Below, piece after piece: positions 22,501-34,500 of a stretch of 64,000 bases of DNA (position 1 is its first letter; every line of letters begins with the position of its first letter). The stretch is from Macrostomum hystrix. Lineage: Eukaryota; Animalia; Platyhelminthes. The DNA is taken from assembly GCA_950097015.1 (NCBI GenBank), contig CATNEN010000029.1:6138001-6202000 (forward strand). The letters are read 5' to 3'. A program made the position numbers and the translations under genes. The notes below the pieces were generated by a model. It had not been told where the DNA came from. It ran no database searches and saw only the letters and a list, made by a program, of their open reading frames with translations.

Positions 22501-25500
22501 ATGAGCAACTGAATAAGCAGCCACATGAGCAACTGAATAAGCAACTGAATAAGCAGCCACATGAGCAACTGAATGAGCAACTGAAAAAGCAGCCACATGA
22601 GCAACTAAATAAGCAACTGAATGAGCAGCCTGATAAGCAACTGACTAAGCAGCCTCATGAGCAACTTAATGAGCAACTGAATAAGCAGCCACATGAGCAA
22701 CTAAATGAGCAACTGAATGAGCAGCCTGGTAAGCAACTTACTAAGCAGCCACATGAGCAACTGAATAAGCAGCCACATGAGCAACTGAATAAGCAGCCAC
22801 ATGAGCAACTGAATAAGCAACTGAATAAGCAGCCACATGAGCAACTGAATAAGCAACTGAATAAGCAGCCACATGAGCAACTGAATAAGCAGCCACATGA
22901 GCAACTGAATAAGCAGCCACATGAGCAACTGAATAAGCAGCCACATGAGCAACTGAATAAGCAGCCACATGAGCAACTGAATAAGCAGCCACATGAGCAA
23001 CTGAATAAGCAACTGAATAAGCAGCCACATGAGCAACTGAATAAGCAGCCACATGAGCAACTGAATAAGCAACTGAATAAGCAGCCACATGAGCAACTGA
23101 ATGAGCAACTGAAAAAGCAGCCACATGAGCAACTAAATAAGCAACTGAATGAGCAGCCTGATAAGCAACTGACTAAGCAGCCTCATGAGCAACTTAATGA
23201 GCAACTGAATAAGCAGCCACATGAGCAACTAAATGAGCAACTGAATGAGCAGCCAAATGAGCAGCCTGATGAACAGCCAGATGAGCAGCCACATGAGCAA
23301 CAGAATGAGCAACTGAATAAGCAGCCACATGAGCAACTGAATGAGCAACTGAATAAGCAGCCACATGAGCAACTGAATGAGCAACTGAATAAGCAGCCAG
23401 ATGAGCAACAGAATGAGCAACTGAAAAAGCAGCAGCATGAGCAACTGGATGAGCAACTGAAAAAGCAGCAGCATGAGCAACTGAATGAGCAACTGAATAA
23501 GCAGCCACATGAGCAACTGAATGAGCAACTGAATAAGCAGCCAGATGAGCAACAGAATGAGCAACTGAAAAAGCAGCAGCATGAGCAACTGGATGAGCAA
23601 CTGAAAAAGCAGCAGCATGAGCAACTGAATGAGCAACTGAAAAAGCAGCAGCATGAGCAACTGAATGAGCAACTGAATAAGCAGCAGCATGAGCAACTGA
23701 ATGAGCAACTGAATAAGCAGCCACATGAGCAACTGAATGAGAAGCCAGACACTTGCTGATGAGCAAGCTCACAACCTGGCCAGTTTCCAGTCGTCTAGCA
23801 GGCAGGCTGGGAGGCTCCGGTCCAGTCGCCAGAAAGCTCTGAGTGCAGAAGAGCCAGTCAAAGATGACAAACAGCCGCATATTATTTAACACGGCGGTGA
23901 ACTTATTAACGCTACTCGTGGATCGATAGTGCAACTCCAGGTGCAGGCAGGTCGCTTTGCCGTCTGGCAGGACTTCCGGGCCCTCGGTAGCCGCTGTCGC
24001 CGATGCCGCCGCGGCCGGTGTCCGTTTAATAATGGTGCTGAACACATTCGGACGCGTGTTGGCAGGCATGTCAGCGAATCTGGTGTCGTGAATAGCGACT
24101 TCTGTTGAAACCAGATCAGTCTCTTGGCAGCCGTTGCTGAAGCTCTCGAAGGTTAGCCGGGACCTGAGCGTGGATGATAAGCGGATTATAGACTTGAACA
24201 GAATAATTGATTACACCTGCCCCAATCGGGCCAGACGTGCAGCCGTCAGCACAGCCGCAGCATCTGAAGACTGCGTACGACTGTTCTGTCCATGGACTGG
24301 TGGGACGCCACACCCACCCTCAATTACCCAGCTTGTTATCTTGTCACAATTTTAACAGCTGAGTGAACTGAAGTGGCATAGCGGTTAACGCGCTTGCCTC
24401 TTACACAAAGGACCCAAAGCTCAAATCTGTGACAAGGCCAAATTGGGGCGCAGCCGCGGAGAGAAGGCTTGGGGGCTTGTCGTGAAATTTACGCCCTCAA
24501 GGGCCAACCTCCAAGGCACAGTGAGAGTGTACACTGCCTGACGATGAGATAGTCAAGGGCAGATGTACACACCTGGGTGAGCGTATGCCTGCGTACGGTA
24601 TCTGTGTGCGTGTGTGCTCAGGAGTCAGCGAAGTGGGAAGAACTGCCTCCTCGCTGGCTGCGGGTCTAGCGTCACTAAATGATTTTCTATTTCCCGCAGT
24701 CCTCCTGCAATTAATGAGGGTGTCAGGAGAAGCTGAAGGACACAGATTGTTCCAGTGAGTCAGAAATCGAACCCTCGACCCTCAAGTCGTGAGTCCGAAG
24801 CTCTGACCACTAGGCTACAACCCCGCTTGCCTCGAATCCTCACCTGAGAAAGTCAATCCTACAAAAGCTGGCGCCAGCTTCGCCTAGCAGTTCAACGGAC
24901 ACATTGTTGAGGTCGACAGCCAGCGAGACGGCTTTCCAGACTCGCTGCGACAGTACAGTGTGATTCATCGGGTCCTGCTGGGCGGCCACCAGCAGCTTCT
25001 TGTTGGCAACATCGTCGAGATTCTCCCCGAGATTGTGGGCTAGGAAGCCGCGCACAAGCTGGTACTGAGCCAGGCTGAGGGCGCAGTGGACCGACGACAG
25101 GCTGCCGCGAGCGTTCCAGTCTGGAGAGGCGTGGGACACCTCCGTGTCCAGATTGCGCTCAACTCGGAGGGCGAGGCGGCAGGCGGCGCGCAACGGCTTC
25201 GGATCGCCGCCCGTGACAACCAGATCAGCGAAGCGAAGCAGCGGCGGCGGCGAGGCGGCCGAAACGTCGCCCGGACTGTCCGGATCGATGCGACTGCCGG
25301 TGTACAGATCGATGTCCCTTAGCTCCAGCTGCCAGGTATCCAGTAGGCAATTGGCTGGTTGGATCTCTAACTCCAACTCTGACTCAGCGGAATTAGATTT
25401 AGTTGGCGAATAGGCCGGCTGATGACTGCTTGAATTGGCCGACTCGGCCGAGGCGGTTCCCGGTTCGCCGCTGTACATAAACTGATTGGTCAGCTGAGGG

Positions 25501-28500
25501 CCAGTGAAATTAGCGATTGATTGGAGCGGACAGGTGCAAATTTTTAGACAGGTGGACATTGTTAGACAGGTGGACATCGTTAGACAGGTGGACATTTGTT
25601 GCGCAGGTGGACATTGTTAGACAGGTGTAGGATAGATGGGCATTGCTAGCAGGCGGATAAGCAGGTGGATGAAGTCAGGCAGGTGGACAAAGACAAGCAG
25701 GTGAATAAAGACAGACAGGTGTATTGTTTCACCTTGAGATCACCCAGTCGCATGACAATGAGCCTAGGCGACAATGCGCTGTGCGGCAGTAGTACGATAG
25801 GCGAGGCTGCGCCGATATCCAATTGAATGCGCGAAGCTCTCTCGGCGTTTGGAAATATTTTTCTACCCGAGGCGCCGGCTCTAGCTCGGCCAATGAAGTC
25901 TTGAGACTGATTAAACTGATGCACAAATGTTAGCAGTTCGGTGATGAACCGCTGCGAATGCACATACCTGACCGAGGCCATGCGCAAGCGCAGCCGGGCG
26001 TCGCAGTCGCGCGTGCTGCCCGGATCCGGTAGGCCGTATTTGAATAGGCGCAGAGTTAACAGATTGCCAAGCCGGGGAGATACGAACTTCTGCTTGTATA
26101 GCTGGCCGGTTGGGCTCAGGTCTAATAGTACAAAATTACCCAACCGACCAGTCAAGTCTAGATTGCCGTCACGAATGCTGAGCCGGCCGTGTAAGCCGGA
26201 CATTGTTGCTCGGCATAGGCTGTGATTGCGATCATTTAGCACTAGGGAGAACTCGGCCACGGATAATGAGATCTGCGTTGCCACGGGATACATGTACAGG
26301 TGAATGCTGTATAGAATAACAGGTGAATGCTGTATAGAGGAACAGGTGAAAATTGTATAGATGAACAGGAGAATGCTGGACAGATGAACAGGTGAATGCT
26401 GTATACATTTACAGGTGAATGCTGTCAATATGAACAGGTGAATGCTGTCAATATGAACAGGTGAATGCTGTCAATATGAACAGGTGAATGCTGTCAATAT
26501 GAACAGGTGAATGCTGTCAATATGAACAGGTGAATGCTGTCAATATGAACAGGTGAATGCTGTCAATATGAACAGGTGAATGCTGTCAATATGAACAGGT
26601 GAATGCTGTCAATATGAACAGGTGAATGCTGTCAATATGAACAGGTGAATGCTGTCAATATGAACAGGTGAATGCTGTCAATATGAGCAGGTGAATACTG
26701 TGTAGATGAACAGGTGAACGTCTAAAGGATAAACACGGGCCAATTAAAACACACACCGGGAAAGTGTAAACTGATTGATTTAATTGTAAAATAATTCAAG
26801 TCAGTGAAGCCATAGAACTTTAATGTCGCAAGCAGCCAAAAACTCTCACCTGCTGATTGCAGATCTCCTCCTCCGCATACATGGTGGTAGTGGTGACTTT
26901 AGTTGTGTCGGACATTCGCATCAATACGTCGCGCTCGTGAAATTTCGAGCCCAAATTGAGAAAATCCAATAGCAGGACCCAGGCCTGCAGGTTGAGGTTG
27001 CACACCAGGCTGCTGAATTCGGCACGGATAAACCTGGCTGTGTCAGCGTAGCGGGACTCAAACTGAGGCGCCTTCCGGTCCACTAGGCGCAGACGAATTC
27101 GGACAAGACTCGGCCCCATGCTAGATGGAACGCCCGACGTCTCCTGCTGATGCGCGTCGTCATCGTCGCCGTTCTCGACGCCCCAGACAGATCGCCAGAC
27201 ATCATTGGCACCGTCGAGATCTTCATTGTCAATGGCTACGTCAGCCTCCTCGAATTGCAATGTAGCCGGCGCCATCGGTGCCGGCGAAGGCTTCGACTGG
27301 GGTCGTTGGAGCCGACGCTGACGTTGGACAGCGGCGCGGGCCCTAGCGGCCACCGCCGACATCGAGGCCGGCGTGCCAGAAGTTCGCGGCGGAAAACTCG
27401 CCCACTCTAAGTCGACGCCAGCGTTGTTGCGACGCTCGTCGCTGCTCCAGCCGCCGCCTCTACCGACTCCGCCGTCGTCCAAGAAGTCTTCGTCGTCGGA
27501 AGCGCCAGCCGGGGAGCTCGGACAGGAGACGGAGCGGCCGTAGCTGGGCGGCGGCCTGGCCCCGGTGTCCGGCGCCAGCGAGCTGAGCAAATGGCGAGTG
27601 GGCGAGTCGGCCGGCTGGAGCAGGTCCAGCATGGTCAGGGTGCCCAGGCGGAGGCTGATGTCCTTCACCCAGGGGCAGGGCTTGGACAAGTGCACGGCTA
27701 GCTCGCCGGCAGTGAGTCGAGCGATGCCCTTCTCGTCGCCTTCGCTCAGATCGCCGACAATTTCAACGCGTAACTCCGGCAGGGCGAAGTCGAACACCAG
27801 CGGCGTGTACTCGGACGGCGTAGCCGGGTCTGTTTCCATCGTGGCGGTCGCCGCAGCTGCCGGCTCAGTGGAGCTGCTCCATTCGTCGTAGACCAAATTG
27901 TCCAAAGATTTCAGCACCTGGTCAAACACAGCCTTGGGCAGGCGGACCGGCACAGTCTCCGTGGTGACGGCCTCCACGCAGAGCAGATGGTCGGTCAGGC
28001 TCGAGGGCTCCACGCCATCGGCGGAGCCGAGGGTCTCGGCCAACAATACGCGGCAGCAGTTCCGACGGCTGAGCCGCAGCGACAATGAGGCCTTGCTGAG
28101 CAGAGACTCGCCTATTTTGGGCCGTTTTAAGCACGCCAGCAGACCGCCGCAGTGCTCAGCGTCGGAGCATTCAGTTAAATTGGCTCCAGCCTTCGCCAAG
28201 TCAACGGACATGACGCTGATGTCTTTAAAGTCCAGGTAGAGCGTGCCAACGCCTGGCGCTACGAATAGCGGCGCTAGGCGACGCTGGCGCTGGCGTCGAT
28301 CGCGCAGGACTCGCTCGAATCCGTCGACATCGAACAGCGAAGCCTTGGCGTTTGGAAGGAATTTGGAGGACTGAGTTGCTAGCTGAGTGCTGATAGGCTA
28401 AATTTGAATAGCAAAATTACATAAAAGTGGGGTTGTGGCCTAGTGGTTAGAGTGTCGAATTCACGATTTGAGGTCGGGGGTTCGATTCCCGCTATCCACT

Positions 28501-31500
28501 GGAAGAATTTCTGTTCTTTACCAAGACAATTAACTCTACATTGTTTCAGTTCACCCAGCTGTTAAATAGTGCCAGCATTAGCTGGGGTAATTGAGGGTGG
28601 GTGTGACATCCCCCCCAGTCCATGGACAGAAAAGCGCATTAGCTGCGGCTGTGCTGTCGGCTGCACATCTGGCCCAATTGGGGCAGGTGTAATCAATTAT
28701 TAATTAATCATAACAAAAATATTAACATTCGCAGAGTAGGCTGATTGAACTGGCGATTCTATTGGCAACACAGGACACGCAGCCAGCGAGGTGGCAATTC
28801 TGCTCATTCAACTGACTCCTGAGACACGATTGACAAGCCGTAGAATACACAGAAAATCCTCACCTGATTAGTTAGAGATATATTGCCTAGGTGGCCAACC
28901 AGAGCTTCATTACTGCTTGGAGTTTTGGGCCAAACTATAACTGGCGTTTCGAGGCGAACGGTCAGCCGGACACCATCCAGTCCGAGGTCGACGGGACCAG
29001 ACGCGGCGGCGGCGGCGGAGGCGGTGGCGGCATTCGCAGCCAAAGCGGCGGTGTGGGAATCAATGACGGCGTCTTCAGAGAGATCAGCCGGCCTTGTCTG
29101 CTGATGAATTACGGACTGAGCTACGGCGGTAGCGGCCGCCCTAACTTTCAATGCTAGCCTACTCTTGTATTTAGCGAATTTCGATACACATTCGCCAACC
29201 TCGAATAGCAGGCGGGGCGCGTGCAGATAGCACAGCGAGGCCATCTGGGCTTCGATTTCGCAATCTCCACCCGAGTCCGAGTACACTGACAATGTTAGCG
29301 CCTGATCGTTCTTTGGTATTGATCGATAGAGTTCGTCAGAGTCCGGGCCGCCTGGGGCGTCGCCGCCGATCCACACAATAGCCCGGTGCAGGCGGGAAGA
29401 GTTCGTCAGATCTAGAACACTAACGCTAGCCAGAGAAGCTTGGGCAAAACTGCTGCTGTCAACATGGTTAGCGGTCACCTGAAATATTGAACATGAAAAT
29501 ATGAAACTTTTAACTAAATTAAGTAATAAAAGCAAAAAATGACTTTGGGTAATTTAATTTATGACTACCAGATAAATTATGATTACCATTTCCATGATTA
29601 CCAGAGTACCAGTTCTATGATTGACCGAAAAATTGGCGAAGACGCCACGAACACAAATGACCACATACCTCACTCTTCTAGCCAACCATCTCACTCCATC
29701 GGTCACTTTCCCCCACTCCGCTGGTCACGCAATTGACTCGTTAACCACCCACCTCACTCCTCTGACCACCACCACACCCCTTGGCCACCCACCTCACTCC
29801 TCTGACCACCACCTCACCCCTTGGCCACCCACCTCACTCCTCTGACCACCACCTCACCCCTTGGCCACCCACCTCACTCCTCTGACCACCACCTTACCCC
29901 TTGGCCACCCACCTCACCCCTTGGCCACCCACCTCACTCCTCTGACCACCACCTCACCCAATGGCCACAAAACTTTCTCATGAACATGGTTCATTAAAGA
30001 CATGAGATTTGCTGTTTTAATAGGCAACGCATAGATGCCTAGATAAAATGATTAACGGCCGCTTACCTGCATGCCAGTGAGAGTGACGGTGGCCACCTTT
30101 TTAGCCGACTTTCTCTGCTGGGCCGACTCGTCCAGCACTCGAATAAGCAACACGTGCAGCCGGGAGAAGGTGGCCTGCAGCTCGCTGCGCACACCGGCAA
30201 CTTTGACGCCGCCAACAGTGGAAGTGGCGGTGGAGGCGCCTGATTCAGAATCCTGGCCGCGCCTGTGGCGATGCTGGTCGCCGCCTGGCACGGCCATCGA
30301 AGGTGAGGCATTGGCCGCAGCCGCTGCTTCGGCCTCGGCGGCGCGCCGTTCGCCTTCCCTGGCTGCGTAGGTGTCGGCCGGGTTGATGCGCTTGGCAAAG
30401 CTCACCAGCTCCACTAGGGTCTTCTGGTTAGCTGGAAAATTAATTAACTTATTTTTCTTAGTTATCTATTGGCTAATTAATCCATAGATAACCAAAGCCA
30501 CCAGTTATGGCTCCACTTCACTTACTTGGTCAACAACCTAGTTACATCACTATCTTGCCAACACCTCACTCCCGATTCATGCGCTTCAATCCCGAGTCAT
30601 CCACCTCACTCCTCAGTCATCCACCTCACTCCTCCGGTCATCCACCTTACTCCTCCGGTCATCCACCTCACTCCTCCGGCCATCCACCTCACTCCTCCGG
30701 TCATCCACCTCACTCCTCCGGTCATCCACCTCACTCCTCCGGTCATCCACTTCACTCCTTACTCATCCACCTCACTCCTTACTCATCCACCTCACTCCTC
30801 CGGTCATCCACCTCACTCCTTACTCATCCACCTCACTCCTCCAGTCATCCACCTCACTCCTCCAGTCATCCACCTCCCTCCTCAGTCATCCACATCACTC
30901 CTCCAGTCATCCACCTCACTCCTCCAGTCATCCACCTCACTCCTGCAGTCATCCACCTCACTCCTGCAGTCATCCACCTCACTCCTCACTCATCCAACTC
31001 ACTCTTCCAGTCATCCACCTCACTCCTCCAGTCATCTACGTCACCCCCCAGCAATGAATTGAATACAAAATCCTAACCTATGATATCCAGTTCGGAGAAG
31101 TGCACGCCGATTTTCTGCACTGGACATTCGCCGCTGTTGGCAGGTGGGTCAATCCACTGATAAGTGCAATTAATCAGCGGCTCGCCCGGGCAGCTCGTTC
31201 CGGCGGCGGCAGCGGCCGCTGTGGACAGTTGCGGCTGCGGCTTCCGTCGCCACGGATCGTAGTCAATCGCTTCTGTTGGCGATTGTGGCGAGGCCGGCGA
31301 TTGCGGATTGGACACATTGATGCTGCCAGACACTGTCTCGATTCTGAAAGGATAGGCAAGTTCTGAAGGCTTTTGCACATCTCGCATGCACTCTAAAATT
31401 TACTCACTTAACATCGCGGTGTGATGCCACAAGAAGATCAAAGTCGGGTCCTAGATTTGACAGAGCGTCGGCCACAATCAATGAATTAATCGTTAACTGG

Positions 31501-34500
31501 AAGAGCTGCGTCCTGGGGTACAGAATGTACTGCGCTGTACTTTGGCCCAGAGAAAACTCCGCCACTGGTCGATCTGCAATGTCCAAAGTAAATCAATGTT
31601 AGGATTAGGAATTGAAAATTTAACTGAAAAATCTCGATCATCAGCAACCTGCAAGCTCACTATTCTGATGATTATTTTTACCCTACACGACACCAACCTC
31701 ACGTTTAAAGCCAACCACCTCTCTCCTTCAACCACCCACCTCACTCATTCAATAGCCCACCGCACTCCTTCAATAGTCAACCTCACTCCTTCAATAGCCC
31801 ACCTCACTCCTTTAACTGTCTACTCCTTTAGCCGTCCAGGTATTGATTTACGAAACGAAAGGACGCTTCTCACCGTCGCTCTCGAGTTGCACAATCAGCT
31901 GATCAATGCTGAACAGGGCGTCAACAAACTTTGCTTGCTCCAAGGAATCATCGGACATTGAGGCGGCGGCAGTGGCGGTCGCAGTGGAGGATGTCGATTG
32001 GGAAGTTGCCGAAGCGGCGGCCCCAGCTTCAGCTTCGATGGCTGACACAGAAGTCAGTCGATCACGCGGCGCCTTTGGCGACGCACGCGCCGCAGACCTT
32101 ATCGAATTGTTGGCGTCTACATCGGCGGCAGGAGCTACGACGGCTCCGTCTGCAGTCCCACCTAGTCCGGACTGCAGATTCATCAGGCAGCGCTGCAGCC
32201 TGGTAACTTTTTTATCGCTGGCCTGCAGCAGGAAGTGCGCCATGCGGCCGAGCACCCGGCAGCGAGGATAGACCGAGTCGCTGCCGCGAAGCAGGCGCCG
32301 CTGGAGGCGCACTGTGACGGAGAACTTCTGCACCAGGCTGAGCTGCTCGCGCTGCCGCTGGTTCAAAGCCGGCCTGTTTCGTTTGCAAGCGAGAGATCGT
32401 TTGTTTTTCCAACCAAAAAGTAGCACATTAAAATTGCCCATTAATATCGCTTCTCGATCCCTTTTCTTACTCACTCGTTTCCTTTTTCCTCCATGCCCTT
32501 ATCTGTCACACATTCATCTCACTCCTCACTCCTCCGGTCATCCACCTCACTCACTTACTCACCTCACTCTCTGTCTCTGTCTCTCCCTCTGTCCCTCTGT
32601 CTCTCCTTGTCCGTGTCTCTCCTTTTCCCTCTGTCTCTCCTTGTCCCTCTGTCTCTCCTTTTCCCTCTGTCTCTCCTTGTCCCTCTGTCTCTCCTTTTCC
32701 CTCTGTCTCTCCTTGTCCCTCTGTCTCTCCTTGTCCCTCTGTCTCTCCTTTTCCCTCTGTCTCTCCTTTTCCCTCTGTCTCTCCTTTTCCCTCATTGTCA
32801 CTCTCTGTCTCTCCTTGTCCCTCTCTGTCTCTCCTTGTCCCTCTCTGTCTCTCCTTGTCCCTCTCTGTCTCTCCTTGTCCCTCTCTGTCTCTCCTTGTCC
32901 CTCTGTCTCTCCTTGTCCCTCATTGTCACTCTCTGTCTCTCCTTGTCCCTCTCTGTCTCTCCTTGTCCCTCTCTGTCTCTCCTTGTCCCTCTCTGTCTCT
33001 CCTTGTCACTCTCTGTCTCTCCTTGTCCCTCTCTGTCTCTCCTTGTCACTCTCTGTCTCTCCTTGTCCCTCTCTGTCTCTCCTTGTCCCTCTGTCTCTCC
33101 TTTTCCCTCATTGTCACTCTCTGTCTCTCCTTGTCCCTCTCTGTCTCTCCTTGTCCCTCTCTGTCTCTCCTTGTCCCTCTCTGTCTCTCCTTGTCACTCT
33201 CTGTCTCTCCTTGTCCCTCTCTGTCTCTCCTTGTCACTCTCTGTCTCTCCTTGTCCCTCTCTGTCTCTCCTTGTCCCTCTGTCTCTCCTTTTCCCTCATT
33301 GTCACTCTCTGTCTCTCCTTGTCCCTCTCTGTCTCTCCTTGTCCCTCTCTGTCTCTCCTTGTCCCTCTCTGTCTCTCCTTGTCCCTCTCTGTCTCTCCTT
33401 GTCCCTCTCTGTCTCTCCTTGTCCCTCTGTTTCTCTTTGTCCCTCTGTTTCTCTTTGTCCCTCTGTCTCTCCTTGTCCCTCTCTGTCTCTCCTTGTCCCT
33501 CTCTGTCTCTCCTTGTCCCTCTGTTTCTCTTTGTCCCTCTGTCTCTCCTTGTCCCTCTCTGTCTCTCCTTGTCCCTCTCTGTCTCTCCTTGTCACTCTGT
33601 CTCTCCTTGTCCCTCTCTGTCTCTCCTTGTCACTCTCTGTCTCTCCTTGTCCCTCTGTCTCTCCTTGTCCCTCTGTTTCTCCTTGTCCCTCTGTCTCTCC
33701 TTGTCCCTCTGTCTTTTGCACTTTTCTCGCGCCTATGTATCCTAGCTTACCTGATCCTGCCAACCGATCCAAAATCGGCCTGAAAAGGCACCAGTGTGTT
33801 GACCTCGAAGAATGGGCCAACTAAGATCTGCAAATCTCTCAAAGCTAACGAGTAGGTCTCGTAGATTTTCGCCTCAATGGCTTCATTGCTAGAAGTGGCG
33901 GCGGCGGCGGCGGCAGCGGCGGTGGCGGCGCTAGAAGATGCTGCCGAATCGGCTATGCTATACACGTGCTCCGGAGGCGTGGCACTCGGCGTCGCAAAGT
34001 CATCGTCGTCAGCCTCTTCTTCGTCAATGCTAGATGCAGCAACTTGGTTTAGAGCTGTAGAAGCAGCAGCATTAATACTACTATTTGTAGCACTAGCCCG
34101 AACTAACTCCGACGAAGTATTGACGAGATGCAGATGGCCAAAATCGAATAGCACAACAGGACTGGACGGATCATTGAACTTCTCAGGCAGTAGGAATTGG
34201 GGAGCGCTGATGTTTAACTCAACTTCCCAGCGTTTGCCATCCACCTGTTTGATTTGGTAAAATCTTACATTAAATTAAAGTGATTTTTATATATTACTTT
34301 TAAGTAGCACATTCATAAGAGGGCCTTGCCTGTCTATCTCCGCGTTGAATCTGGTCGATCATCTCTTTAATGTTAGCCCGGGCGTTCTCCCTGGCAAGAT
34401 AGTACTTCCGCCTGGCTGCGTCTGCGGAAATGTCAAACCAACGGGAGGTGAAGGAGTGAGTTTGGCGGTTAGAGGAGTGAATTTGGTGGTTAAAGGAGTG

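Noticed and set aside
23183-23752. Cys/Ser-rich ORF and overlapping Leu/Gln and Ala/Val/His ORFs
   Set aside because: Alternative frames of the 12-mer array in intron 17.
24164-24215. SINE tail supplying the VPS13D exon-17 acceptor
   Set aside because: Frame analysis places the acceptor at CACGCTCAG|G (24164), about 35 nt beyond the SINE tail.
24736-24824. tRNA genes at SINE heads (also 778, 28429, 40140)
   Set aside because: No paired acceptor stem, and each continues into a shared SINE body.
32314-33824. Long Leu/Ser/Cys and Arg/Glu ORFs
   Set aside because: CT-rich minisatellite translation.
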